From Candidatus Latescibacterota bacterium (GTDB taxonomy: Bacteria > Latescibacterota > UBA2968 > UBA8231): DNA of 64,000 nt. The stretch is taken from NCBI GenBank assembly GCA_965248265.1, contig CBDFJF010000001.1, positions 1,952,001-2,016,000 on the forward strand, in the 5' to 3' direction. Below are positions 20,835 to 31,248 of the stretch, one piece after another. Within the stretch, counting starts at the first letter, position 1, and every line of letters starts with the position of its first letter. The notes beneath the pieces were generated by a model. It saw only the letters and a list, made by a program, of their open reading frames with translations, was not told the DNA's origin and searched no databases. The position numbers and the translations under genes are program-made.

Positions 20835-21721
20835 CGGCTTCTTTTGTCAACGAGATCCGCGATAAGACCGATCGCCAGCAGCTGCAGCCCACTGGAGGCG
20901 AGAACGATCGTCGTCACGTCCATGATCTGTGGAGTAAAGAAGTAACTGTAAGAGAGGACACTGAAGGACGCCCCAAAGAGGAATAAAGAAAAAGGCAGGA
21001 AGACTTTGAGCGGATTGAAATACATCACGGTTCGGACGATCAGTTGAGCGAATTTCAGCGTATCTCTGAGCGGCCGGATCTTCGACCGACCTGTCCTTTT
21101 GTGGTAGTCGATCGGTATGAACCTGACCTCGAAGTCGTTTGTGAGCATAGCGAGTGTTATCGTCGTAGTGAACGAGAACCCGTTCGGCAGAATACTCAGG
21201 AATCGCTCCACTACACTCTTGCGCATGACTCTCAATCCCGAGTTCAGATCGGGAATCTTCACTCCCGCCAAATAGCTCGCCAATCGTCCAATCAGCCACT
21301 TCGCCGGGCGCCGGATCAATGAGATGTGAACATGTCTGCCAGTTCGCGCGCCGACCGTCATATCACATCCATCTATGAGAGCGATCAGCTCGGGCAGTCG
21401 ATCCGATGGATAGGTGCCGTCCGCATCCGTGATGGCGACCAGCTCGGCCTTTGCCTGCCGTATGCCGTGCTTGAGCGATGCCCCATACCCGCGGTTTTCC
21501 TCGTGACGCAACACGACGGCACGCTTCTCCAATGCCTGTTCGCTGGTCCCGTCGTCTGATCCGTCGTCGACGACGATCACTTCGAATGGAATACCTGCCT
21601 TGTCCATAACTTCGTAGATCTCATCGATAGCGACCCCAATACCGGCGACCTCGTTGTAGGCAGGAACGATGATGCTGACTTCCGGCTTGGTATTCACCTC
21701 AGGCAACTCCAAACAGGGCAT
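20831..21721 (-). CDS. GT2 polyprenol-phosphate glycosyltransferase (DPM1/ArnC-like) with two C-terminal TMs
   Basis: IIVPAYNE, VDDGSDD, NRGYGA, TDADGTYP, IPDLNSGLR. Confidence 0.92.
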   Translation of the reverse strand: MPCLELPEVNTKPEVSIIVPAYNEVAGIGVAIDEIYEVMDKAGIPFEVIVVDDGSDDGTSEQALEKRAVVLRHEENRGYGASLKHGIRQAKAELVAITDADGTYPSDRLPELIALIDGCDMTVGARTGRHVHISLIRRPAKWLIGRLASYLAGVKIPDLNSGLRVMRKSVVERFLSILPNGFSFTTTITLAMLTNDFEVRFIPIDYHKRTGRSKIRPLRDTLKFAQLIVRTVMYFNPLKVFLPFSLFLFGASFSVLSYSYFFTPQIMDVTTIVLASSGLQLLAIGLIADLVDKRSR

Positions 21722-21785
21722 AAGGCTACATTTTCTTGCGCAATTTTCACATGGTCTCCAAGATTGTCAGAGAACTGGAGATGGG

Positions 21786-22393
21786 ATGGCTGAGATAACC
21801 TCCGACGCGTCATGCGTCGTATGTAGTTCGCAACCATGCGAAATCTACCGGATCTACAGAACCACTCTCGAGAGAATCGGCTCTATGATCCCAAAGGGCC
21901 ACCTGCTGGACATCGGATGTTCCTATCGCGCGTTTGTAGAGCCCGCTCGGAATAGCGGCTGGGAGGCCACTGGTGTTGACATCTCCCGGAAAGCGACCTC
22001 GTACGCACGGCAGCACAGAATTTAATTGCTTGAGATTCGTCGAATACTGATCGCTGGTGAAATTGTAGCGATATTCACAACAAACCAGAAAAGCCTCATG
22101 AATAGGCTTGCCCATATGTCAAACCGACTCACGCTCGGCAGATTCAAATCGCCGTTAGCCCTTTGTACGACAAGCATCATCGATTCTACCCGAGCGAAGG
22201 GACTCTGATAGAACTGCTGCGGAATGCGTGCATTACTGGAGATATTGTAGTGGATTGGATGGATGCCGATATCGGATGGCAAGCCGTTCCTATCCCGAAA
22301 ATCCTTGGACCGGGCAGCAAGTGCGTCGATGTCGCTGCTCGGTTGATCGGCTCTCGATACCGGATGTTGCTGTGTGCCATCAATGCCAGTTGA
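21786..22393 (+). pseudogene. eroded class I SAM methyltransferase, inverted relative to the cluster
   Basis: CVVCSS, LLDIGCSYRAF...WEATGVDIS, in-frame TAA at 22023-22025, LLEIRRIL..GEIVAIFTTN, frameshift, HHRFYPSEGTLIELLRNA; central segments missing. Confidence 0.7.
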
Positions 22394-22432
22394 GCCGTCC
22401 CCTGTCCGGCCCATTGCCTGTTACCACGATAA

Positions 22433-22840
22433 TCAGTTAGACTCCGGCGAAGCACGATCCTCAGTAGAGCCCGCCTCGACTCTCTTCTGTAACCGCTCTA
22501 TTTGCTCACGGAGGAGCCCGATCTCCTGGGCCATTGCGCGATTCCGATCAACTTGACGACTCAGGTCCACAGAAAACTGCACAGAGACCAGTACCAATCC
22601 CACGAGCCAGATCAGAAACAGTGCTGATGGTGCGTAGGCTACGCCAATCACGGCGGCGATCCACTCCAAACCCCCTCTGAAAAGCGAGGCGCCTATGAAG
22701 AGGAGGGCGGTTCCCAGCCACAGCATCGAGTACTCGACTCGAAGCCTCTCGTGCCGTACGAGTCGAATCAAAAAGAGGGCAAAGAGTACACTTCCAGTGA
22801 CTGCGAGTACCTGAAGACGCCAGATGTCGACATTCATCAT
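22433..22840 (-). CDS. DUF2304-family small membrane protein
   Basis: RLRVEYSMLWL, IGVAYAPSALF, SRQVDRNRAMAQEIGLL; follows a DPM1-like GT2 as is typical. Confidence 0.88.
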   Translation of the reverse strand: MMNVDIWRLQVLAVTGSVLFALFLIRLVRHERLRVEYSMLWLGTALLFIGASLFRGGLEWIAAVIGVAYAPSALFLIWLVGLVLVSVQFSVDLSRQVDRNRAMAQEIGLLREQIERLQKRVEAGSTEDRASPESN

Positions 22841-22885
22841 TATCCCCCTAGCGCTCCAAAGCGACTGCTACGAGCACGCTATCGT

Positions 22886-23665
22886 TCATTTTCTCTTGTT
22901 CCCTGCGCTGCCGCCCACCAGTGCATGGCAGAAGGCAAGCGCCATGAACACCCTCAGGCAGTAATAGGCTGATCCGATGAAACCGATCGAGGATTTGCCA
23001 CCCGTCCGTTCAGCCATGCGGACGGGAGCTTCCACGACTTTGAGGTCGGCAAGGGCCGCCATGCCGATACTCTCGATCTCGGGATAGTCGACGGGATAGC
23101 TCTCGGCAAACAGCTTGATAGCTTCCGGGCCACAGACACGCAAACCCGATGTGGGGTCCGTGACTCGTACTCCATAGATCATGCGTAGCGCGGTACCGAA
23201 TATCCTGCCTCCGAGACGACGTGCTTTCGAAGATTGAAACCCTTCCCGTTCGATGTAGCGCGACCCGATCACGATATCAGCATCGGTTTCGAAAAGAGTG
23301 CGGACGATCCGCCGCGCCTCGCAAGCCATGTGCTGGCCGTCACCGTCGATCTGAACGACAATGTCGTAACCGTGCCGCCAGGCGAAGACAAAGCCGACTT
23401 GTCGAGCCCCGCCGATTCCGAGATTGCAAGGGAGACGAATAAGATCAACTTCATCTACACGTCTGACAGCGTCCGCAGTGTTGTCAGTCGAGCCGTCGTC
23501 GACAACGACGATCGACCACTTGGGTTCACAGGCCCGAACATCAGTGAGGACGCCCGCTATCGAGGTCGACTCGTTGTATGCCGGCACGACAACCAGAACC
23601 CTACAGTGATCGACGTTGGTGCACGTCGCTCTTTTGACGTCGCTCACTCCCCGGCATCCTGGCAT
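22886..23665 (-). CDS. GT2 DPM1-like glycosyltransferase
   Basis: VVVPAYNE, VDDGSTD, NLGIGGA, QIDGDGQH, TDPTSGLR, YPVDYPE, RTGGKSSI. Confidence 0.92.
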   Translation of the reverse strand: MPGCRGVSDVKRATCTNVDHCRVLVVVPAYNESTSIAGVLTDVRACEPKWSIVVVDDGSTDNTADAVRRVDEVDLIRLPCNLGIGGARQVGFVFAWRHGYDIVVQIDGDGQHMACEARRIVRTLFETDADIVIGSRYIEREGFQSSKARRLGGRIFGTALRMIYGVRVTDPTSGLRVCGPEAIKLFAESYPVDYPEIESIGMAALADLKVVEAPVRMAERTGGKSSIGFIGSAYYCLRVFMALAFCHALVGGSAGNKRK

Positions 23666-25062
23666 GTTTGTGTTGCGTGGACTGGTCGATCAGTTGCGCG
23701 TGACCTTCTGAAGTCGAGGAGTAAGCCTATCCATAAAATCACTAAAGGCTGAATCATCAGAGCAACTCTGGGAATCGATTGCCTCACGATGTCCGGCCTC
23801 CCGGCGAGGGTAAAGGCCATTGCCGTTGCGAAAAGCAGAGCAACTTGGACGGGTATTACCCATGCAAAATAGGCTGTACCGTGCAGCCGCGCGATGTCGG
23901 TTATCAGAACCAAAATCAGGAAAATCAGCAGGTATGCGTCACCATTTGCCGCCTCCCACGTGGCCAGCCAGACATGCCTGTGCTCAGGGAGAAAGATGAC
24001 ACCGAGAGTCAGCTTTGAGAGAATCAAAGGGGCGTACTGGTCCAGCAAAGTCATCCACCCTCGAACATACCTCGAGTAGATAATCCACGGAGCGATCACT
24101 GCCCCGATCATCCCGACGGTTGCGACCGCCATCACCCAGTGTCCGCGTGCAAGACACCACACGGCCGGCCAGATCACGGCAATCAGGCCGTAGACCTGCG
24201 CGTCAGGGCGGACCCAGGCGGCACTACCGAGAAGAAAAGATCCCAGAATCAGTGTATCGAATCGATTCTCCCGCATGCCCAGATACAAGCAGCCTACACC
24301 CAGCAACATGTAACAGGCGGCTGTGAAGTCAAGCATGGAGTTGGTACCACCAGGGAATGCGTTCAGGCTGAAGACGAGCCCCAGATAGAGACCGGCTCGA
24401 ATCCCTCTGTACCTGACTACGAGAGCAAAGAGGAATGCCAGCGCATTCGCGTAGTGAAGTGAGGAGATTACCGTCTCGGCCTCGCCCCCAAGGAGGTACA
24501 TCCAAGTGCGTTGCAGGGGAACGAGCGGAGGATAGTTTGGAGTGGCGATGTGATATTGCCCCTCGGGGGCTGTGACCATCGACCTATGGTGAAAGAAAAT
24601 CTGCGAACGTTTGACGTGTTGCCCGATCTCGTCCCACAGAACAGGGGGCGTGTGCGCCGCTATGAATAGATTGTAACCCACCATGGCAATCAGGACGACC
24701 AGCAGGATTTTGAGTAGGACAGGAAGGTTTGCACCTACCCCGCGTGCCTCTTGTCCCGCCCGTCTAAGGCAGCTGAGTAAGGCCGACGGCGGCCAAACAG
24801 CGCTGAATCGCCAGAACAGCAAGATCAGTGCGGAATACGTCAGGCATACTGCGGCGACAAAACCGCCGCCGAAACTGAAACCTGCCCATGAGCCTGTGAA
24901 CATCACGAGGATCGTGACCATCCAGCCGACATGGTATCCCGCGCTTACAACGGCAAGTGCCGGCAAGTCGCGGCAACTGATGGATACCAAGGCTGTCCCA
25001 AGCATCCATGGGGCCAGGATACTAGCGAAGCCACCAAGAATTTGAATCAGATGATCCGTCAC
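23644..25062 (-). CDS. GT-C fold (ArnT/PMT-like) membrane glycosyltransferase
   Basis: Multi-TM; PPVLWDE, NYPPLVP, AAWVRPDA, IAPWIIY. Confidence 0.7.
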   Translation of the reverse strand: MTDHLIQILGGFASILAPWMLGTALVSISCRDLPALAVVSAGYHVGWMVTILVMFTGSWAGFSFGGGFVAAVCLTYSALILLFWRFSAVWPPSALLSCLRRAGQEARGVGANLPVLLKILLVVLIAMVGYNLFIAAHTPPVLWDEIGQHVKRSQIFFHHRSMVTAPEGQYHIATPNYPPLVPLQRTWMYLLGGEAETVISSLHYANALAFLFALVVRYRGIRAGLYLGLVFSLNAFPGGTNSMLDFTAACYMLLGVGCLYLGMRENRFDTLILGSFLLGSAAWVRPDAQVYGLIAVIWPAVWCLARGHWVMAVATVGMIGAVIAPWIIYSRYVRGWMTLLDQYAPLILSKLTLGVIFLPEHRHVWLATWEAANGDAYLLIFLILVLITDIARLHGTAYFAWVIPVQVALLFATAMAFTLAGRPDIVRQSIPRVALMIQPLVILWIGLLLDFRRSRATDRPVHATQTCQDAGE

Positions 25063-25065
25063 AGC

Positions 25066-26121
25066 CTACAACCCTTCCCTGTTTACCGTGATCAAGCCCC
25101 AGTCGCGGTAAGGGTATTTTCGCTCATCACTCAATAGGTTGAGCTGGATGACGGCCAGCCGCCCTGGATTCATTTGCGGTGCCTGTTTCCGAATTGCTTC
25201 ACCCAGGTTCTCAATGACATGCTCCACCCAGCCGTCTTCCCTGGCGATCGCCAAAGCATTGATGTTCCTTAGTCCGACTCCTGGTTTCAAGAGAGACAAA
25301 GCCACTGCCATCTGTCCCCCTGTCGTTCTCTCCCAAAGCGAGAATCGAACCGGTGGGTCATCGTCTGGAGATACAAAGATCGTCTTGCCGGACACTCCGA
25401 GGCGCCACATATCGTGCTCAGCATATCCATAGGTGATGTCGAAGTACTCTGAAAACCCGGAGCGCGAGCCGGTGTCGCTTCTCCTATGCTCGTGGATTTC
25501 TCTCGTAGCTCTGGTGATGTAATCCCCGGCAATCTGAGTCGAGTCCGAATTGGTGTCGTAGTCGTTCTCGAACAACACCTCGGCTTCAGTCCAGATCCGG
25601 ACGTCATCGATATTCACTTCCATCCGCTTGCTCACAGTAGGTCGAAGATCAATTCCACGTCCTTGATGATAGTACTCGCGCGTACCGGGGACGGTGAAAG
25701 AGGGGGAATCGTCAGCCATCACAACGTATTGGATGTCCTCCTGAGTCTGCAGGGTCTCCTGCCCACCGAGAACAAGCCGACGAGGAAACACGAAGTAGGC
25801 AATAAGACTGGGATTCGAGAGATGCGGTCCCATGCCAACAGTAGACAGAAGAATACGCGCATCTGAGGGGGTCCTTTCACAAATGAACTGACCGAATCTG
25901 TATAGATCACCCCATGTTCTCCAGATCCTCTCGTCTTTGCTCTGAAATGCGTAATCCAGACTGAACATCCCCACCCTTGGATACATTACCGCCAACACCA
26001 GGAAAATCAGGAGCACGGAATGTCTGCGACTCCAGATCGCACTCCACGCGGATAACGCCGTAATCCTATTTGTTGCTGGCAGCTTCATCGATTGGTTAGC
26101 TCGACCCCGTGTAATGACCAT
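25066..26121 (-). CDS. membrane-anchored hypothetical protein with an inserted CBM-like domain
   Basis: N-terminal TM, FICERTPSDARILL, YFVFPRRL, central beta-rich region, C-terminal WGLITV. Confidence 0.65.
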   Translation of the reverse strand: MVITRGRANQSMKLPATNRITALSAWSAIWSRRHSVLLIFLVLAVMYPRVGMFSLDYAFQSKDERIWRTWGDLYRFGQFICERTPSDARILLSTVGMGPHLSNPSLIAYFVFPRRLVLGGQETLQTQEDIQYVVMADDSPSFTVPGTREYYHQGRGIDLRPTVSKRMEVNIDDVRIWTEAEVLFENDYDTNSDSTQIAGDYITRATREIHEHRRSDTGSRSGFSEYFDITYGYAEHDMWRLGVSGKTIFVSPDDDPPVRFSLWERTTGGQMAVALSLLKPGVGLRNINALAIAREDGWVEHVIENLGEAIRKQAPQMNPGRLAVIQLNLLSDERKYPYRDWGLITVNREGL

Positions 26122-26199
26122 CGAACACTACATTGCTACTCGGTTTGAGCCGGCGTGCTTCATCGTGGTGGAGGGATCCCTGCCGGCGGTCGACCGGGT

Positions 26200-26314
26200 T
26201 AAATCCATCCACTTGATGTCGGGATAGTACCACGTCTTTCTTCATGAAGTTCTCCGACTCCTCTAAACCAATGAAGACCGGCACAAACTGTGCACCGTGC
26301 AGCACTGCCTGCAA
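26200..26314 (-). pseudogene. relic of a paralogue of the adjacent GT-C gene
   Basis: VLHGAQFVPVFIGLEESENFMK/KTWYYPDIKWMD versus VVHGAQFIPVALGIESSEDFTRRKTWYHDDVVWLN in 26376..28343. Confidence 0.75.
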
Positions 26315-26375
26315 CCACTAGATCATCACCCCGACCTCGCCCAATCTCCAACCCCTCCACGGATTCTTCAGACCC

Positions 26376-28343
26376 TCAACGCTCGCCTTCCTGACAGTTG
26401 CCAAGGTGGAGTCTGTAGACCACAGACTCCAGTTGCCGCGTGCCTATTCCCAAGGTTCGCGACTCGGCCGTAGTTCGCCGACTCCTGTAGACCTCCTCTC
26501 CGCATTCCGTGGTGAGATCGCGTATCACGGTCATGGCGTTGCGTATGACCGGGTCCGGTATTGCCTCGAGGCGCGACGGCGGGTAGCGCCGCTCATCGAT
26601 ATACAGGTGGGTGATGCCCAGAGCAGTGAGCTCCGCCGACAGCCCTCGGACGTTGCGGGTACGGCTCCAATCGAGGAACCCCTGGAAATACACGGAGGCG
26701 AAGAAGTAATCCACGTTAAGAGGGTAATTCAGCAGCCTGTTGAAGTGCAGCAGTCGTTCGCCAGGCTGAAGTGTGTGGTTGAGCCAGACGACATCGTCGT
26801 GATACCAGGTCTTCCTCCTCGTGAAATCCTCACTCGACTCGATTCCGAGTGCGACCGGGATGAACTGCGCGCCATGCACGACTGTGACAGACAGCTGGAA
26901 CACGACGCCCACTGCGAGTGGCCAGACGATGAAAGGCCTGAGCCTCTCCCATTTCCAGGCACCTTGCACACCACCCACGCCGAGGATCAGGAGCCATGGC
27001 ACTACCGGGAGTAAGTGACGGGATCGATGAAAGGCAAGGGCGAGCCAGAGAGACGCAAACAAGCCTGCATAGACGATGACGAAAATCCCGATTTCGCGAA
27101 ACCGCTGGTTATGCCACATCGCCAGACCGACGGTGGGAATCATCAGGAATGGAACCAAGCCGTACCCATTCCGGGCAGCGCCAAGTACAGACCCGTTCAT
27201 AGTCACGATCCAAGGCAGCGTCAAGAGCATCCACGGGGTGACTGGCAGTGCCCTCTTGTGGCGCTCTGTGAAGGCCGAGAACGCTGCGTCGAGTGAGGCG
27301 CTCCAATCGGTACCTCCAAAGAGCGAGTAGAACGCGGGATAAAGGGGATTGCCTGTGTTGGCATAGTTCCGAAGCCACCAGGGACAGGCCACGCATACTG
27401 CTACCATCAGAATGAGGCCAGTGGCGAGAACGATCCTTCTGACGGGAATCCGCCTCCACACAACGATCGACAACATGGTCAAAACTGGGACGATCGCCAG
27501 TGTGAAGAGGCCATAGTATTTAATTCCAGCGGCGAAGCCCAGGAAGAGCCCTGCAAGCACAGCTGTGAGGTAGCGATCTGCCCTAGCCCATTCAAGCATC
27601 ATCCATACGCCCATCAGACTGTATAGCATGAGCGGTATATCGACATGTCCCGCCACGCCAATATCGGCAACCATCGGCAAAGTTATGAAGATCGACCCAA
27701 CCCAAAGCCCGGCATGCCGGGATCCAAGCAGCGCTCCTGCGAGGGCGACGATGGCCAAGCAGGCGACGGCCAATTGGATCCATGAAATAACTCCGGCCAA
27801 CCTCACGTCGGCCAAGGCCATGCCAAGAGCGTAGAGCATATGCGAGTACAGGGGGCCGTTCGTCGCAACGTCTGGCACGTACACGAGTCCAGCCTCGGAC
27901 GCGACCAGTTTGGGATAGGCGTAGTGGTATGCCAGGGTATCAGCGGCCGTGGGTGGGGATACCGCTTCGAAAGTGTACAGGAGCAGGGCAACTGCAATCA
28001 CGGCTACGGGCAGGCGTTCCCACGGCGAGTGGGTGTCCAACCACTGCCTGCTCATGGTGCAGAACGTTCGGACCCAACAACTCAGGTCGCGCCACACAAA
28101 GGGCAGCAAGACAGCGGTACCAATACCGGTCACGCTGGCTTCCAGCACGTCCAGACTGGCCATCGCCGTGCCCGTAAGCGACAGGACACCCAGCCCGAGA
28201 CTGGCCGAGCCCGCCAGGTACGGCCCCTTGGCAAGCTCCCAATCATCCGTCAGGCAGCGCCAGATCGCGCTTCCCAAAGCGATTGCTGTGCTGATGACGG
28301 CGCCTGCCAGCGCTGCTGTACTGACGGCTGCGAGTACGTTCAT
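26376..28343 (-). CDS. GT-C fold (ArnT/GT39-like) membrane glycosyltransferase
   Basis: PPTAADTLAYHYAYPK, AGHVD, GIKYYG, CPWWLRNYANTGNPLYP, RHLLPVVP; many TMs. Confidence 0.85.
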   Translation of the reverse strand: MNVLAAVSTAALAGAVISTAIALGSAIWRCLTDDWELAKGPYLAGSASLGLGVLSLTGTAMASLDVLEASVTGIGTAVLLPFVWRDLSCWVRTFCTMSRQWLDTHSPWERLPVAVIAVALLLYTFEAVSPPTAADTLAYHYAYPKLVASEAGLVYVPDVATNGPLYSHMLYALGMALADVRLAGVISWIQLAVACLAIVALAGALLGSRHAGLWVGSIFITLPMVADIGVAGHVDIPLMLYSLMGVWMMLEWARADRYLTAVLAGLFLGFAAGIKYYGLFTLAIVPVLTMLSIVVWRRIPVRRIVLATGLILMVAVCVACPWWLRNYANTGNPLYPAFYSLFGGTDWSASLDAAFSAFTERHKRALPVTPWMLLTLPWIVTMNGSVLGAARNGYGLVPFLMIPTVGLAMWHNQRFREIGIFVIVYAGLFASLWLALAFHRSRHLLPVVPWLLILGVGGVQGAWKWERLRPFIVWPLAVGVVFQLSVTVVHGAQFIPVALGIESSEDFTRRKTWYHDDVVWLNHTLQPGERLLHFNRLLNYPLNVDYFFASVYFQGFLDWSRTRNVRGLSAELTALGITHLYIDERRYPPSRLEAIPDPVIRNAMTVIRDLTTECGEEVYRSRRTTAESRTLGIGTRQLESVVYRLHLGNCQEGER

Positions 28344-28469
28344 GACCTGGTCAAGCGCTGCCTGAGCTCAATTGAGCGTACCTGCTTGTGAGACTGCGGC
28401 CTTCAGCTGGGTTGCATATCGTCTGGGAAGCCGAGAGCGACAACGCTCGGAGCCCGTCGAAGACTAACT

Positions 28470-28635
28470 GGGCGACAGAATACTTGATAATACCAGGCTT
28501 TCCTTTCCGTGAAGCTATCATGGTCTTCGTGGTAGCGGCCAGGCCAAATGCGAGCGACGCCTCGACTGGCAATGAGGGTCGTCCACGTTCGCCGCGTAGA
28601 TACCGCCACAACTCCGCACCGTCCCCATGCCATTG
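28470..28635 (-). pseudogene. second, more eroded relic of a GT-C paralogue
   Basis: GDGAELWRYLR...LAFGLAAT and, in another frame, EDHDSFTERKAWYYQ resemble VQGAWKWERLR...VVFQLSVT and ESSEDFTRRKTWYHD. Confidence 0.45.
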
Positions 28636-28657
28636 GAAATTGGAAGGACAAAGCTGA

Positions 28658-29854
28658 TCACGACTCGCAGTCAGTCCCATCCTCGCTTGCGGCCAGCACA
28701 TCCCTGTACAATTGGACGTATCTCTGTGAAACTCGGCCTATGCAGAAATCTCGTAATACTCGCTCACGCGCAGCCTTAGTTACGCTCGTATCCTTACCCA
28801 CTAGAACCCTTACGACGGTCTCGGCAACACATGAAGGTGTCGCTTCACGCAACTCGTAACCTGTGCTCTCGTCGCGAACCAATCCGTCTGTGACTCCTCT
28901 GATCGGCCTTACTACGCATGGCAGTTCGCATGCCATGGCCTCTATCAATGCATTGGGAAGCCCTTCCCTCTCTGAGAGAAAGACATACACGTCGGCAATC
29001 TGGAGATACTCAACTACGTTCTGCACGTGCCCAGTAAGGACCACTGAAGCATTGAGCTTCCTATCAAGCAAGAATTCCCGAATTCCCTCTGCGCATTGCG
29101 GATCCTCAGTGCAGCTGCCTACAAGGACTAGGAAGGCGCCAGGCACCTCCTTCTCAATCTGCGGCCATGCCTCGACTATCAAGCCGACACCTTTCGCGGG
29201 TCGAATTATTCCCGTATAGAGTACGATATGTGCTGTTGGTGGCAGACCCAGTTTCAATCGTTTCCCTGTGCGGTCCACTCCTGACTCCAATTTCCGAAAC
29301 GCTGTCGTATCAACACCATTTGGTATATAGTGAAATCTCCTTGTTGGAAGACCGGACTGGCGGTAGGATTCCGTCAGCAAGGGAGATACACTTATTACCG
29401 CGTTTGCCAGTCTAAACAGGCTGACCTTCAGCCAGCCGAGTCGCTCACGCATCAACGCAATGGGATCGTCTTGGCCATGACCAGTCATTTTTAGTACTAC
29501 ACGTTTCTTTAATAGCCGTGCGAGTAAGACAGAAGGAAGCGCCCAGATGTTCACACCATGTACGTGTAGAATATCATAGCTATCACGGGCCCTTAGGAGC
29601 GTGGCCAACACCCTTAACCCCCAGCCGTATGGCCACAACCTCCCCTTTGCTTTAGTCGGGACACGTGTGACTGTGATTCCTTTAACGTGCTCGACCCGTT
29701 TAGCCTTCTCTCCAATACCAGCACCGACGATTACGACGCAGGTGCCGGACGCAGAAAGACTCTTGGACAAACAGAGCGCCTGTGTGCCGGCCCCTGATGG
29801 TGTGGGCGGCAGCCGGACAGCCAACATCATTATTCGTGGATCGGGTTGCGTCAC
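28658..29854 (-). CDS. glycosyltransferase family 4
   Basis: YIPNGVD, PAKG, SEREGLPNALIEAMACELP. Confidence 0.92.
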   Translation of the reverse strand: MTQPDPRIMMLAVRLPPTPSGAGTQALCLSKSLSASGTCVVIVGAGIGEKAKRVEHVKGITVTRVPTKAKGRLWPYGWGLRVLATLLRARDSYDILHVHGVNIWALPSVLLARLLKKRVVLKMTGHGQDDPIALMRERLGWLKVSLFRLANAVISVSPLLTESYRQSGLPTRRFHYIPNGVDTTAFRKLESGVDRTGKRLKLGLPPTAHIVLYTGIIRPAKGVGLIVEAWPQIEKEVPGAFLVLVGSCTEDPQCAEGIREFLLDRKLNASVVLTGHVQNVVEYLQIADVYVFLSEREGLPNALIEAMACELPCVVRPIRGVTDGLVRDESTGYELREATPSCVAETVVRVLVGKDTSVTKAARERVLRDFCIGRVSQRYVQLYRDVLAASEDGTDCES

Positions 29855-30029
29855 TGCCTTGACCTGCTAGCAAGCTGTGGCAAGAGCCGGTGACTTTCCT
29901 GCGGCGATGATGAAGTGCTTCTCCTTACCTATGAGCTTTCAACGAGATGCATTGATGGGGCGGGGAAACGGAACCGCGAGAGCTAGCAGCTGTGGGTGGC
30001 ACGCGTGACCAACCTTACAGAACCCCACT

Positions 30030-31248
30030 TTACTGGTGGATGTTGGAGGTTGACAGATCTTGCGCCTGAGGCTTTGTGCCATGTGCAGGAAGAACAGAGG
30101 CGAGCTCTTCGGCGACGATATGTGCCAGCACCGTCGCCCCGGCATTCGTCAGATGTAAGACGTCGTACATCAACTCTGGATCCTTTGGGACCCTACGATC
30201 GAGGTCTATCAGCAGGACGCCTTTCTTCAGTCGCTACCTGGCGCACGGCTTGATTGAACTGATCGTATTGCCTCTTGAACTCGCCATACCCAAGGCCGAT
30301 TTCCTCGCTTCGCTGTCTTACCGCCATCCATGCCAGAGAGCTGTCCCTGTCACCCTCGTCCCCGAGGCGGTTGGACTGTGTCATCAGTACCGGAATACAG
30401 CCCCAGATGCGCGCAATGGCCACAAATGTCCGCAGGCTCTTGCGGAACTGCGTATCTGTGAGGGCGACCTTCCCGGAGGTCGGTACCGGCGCGAATGGCG
30501 CATTGTCATGCCAGGCCGTAGTCAATTGCTGGCCGAATAGGCGCTTCACAGTGAAGTAAATCTTGGGTATCGTAGCGTTGCGTATGCTTTTGGCAAAGAG
30601 TGCCAGCTGTGTCAAGGGTGGCTGATTGACAGGTCGGGATATGACAATGCTCCGCTCGGAATCGCGATTCCAATAGCTTCTGTGATGCAGTAGGTGCGCA
30701 AAATCGTTTATGTTGTGCATCAGGACCACGAAGTCAGGCTCGAGCGGTATGACCTTGGACAACAGCACAGTAATGCTATGGAGCGAGTGACTTCCTCCCT
30801 TGCCGCCATTGATAGCGTTTATCCTGAGCCCTGTTTGCTGCTCGATGAGTCTGCCAACCTGATACGGCCACCGCTTTGTTTCATCGTTGTATACACATTC
30901 GGTGGTAGATCCACCAAGGAAGATGATGGTCAGATCCGGCGCATCGTGTATGCGACTCGGCATCATGAAACCAGCATCGTCGGTCCTGACACTGTACTCG
31001 CGACGAACCAGACCGTCGGAGCCGCTGAGTTGCTCCTCGGAGGGCACCGCAATCCACACGAGATCGGGGGGCAGCTCACGCAATCGGACATGTCTCTCGA
31101 CCTTGGCAATGGTCGTGAAGGGCGAAGCAGAATCGGGCAGGAGGAACTCGGTCACACCAGCTATTGAGCTGGTCAGCAGCACCAGAACAGCACCGAGTGT
31201 CAGCCTCGGATGTCTCTCAAAGACAGATCTGTATTCAGCCACCGTCAT
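30030..31248 (-). CDS. SGNH/GDSL hydrolase family protein, frameshifted near 30223
   Basis: FLGGSTTEC, INGGKGG, MHNINDF; the catalytic DxxH (MYDVLHLTNAG) lies in the shifted frame, which ends at TAA 30030. Confidence 0.8.
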
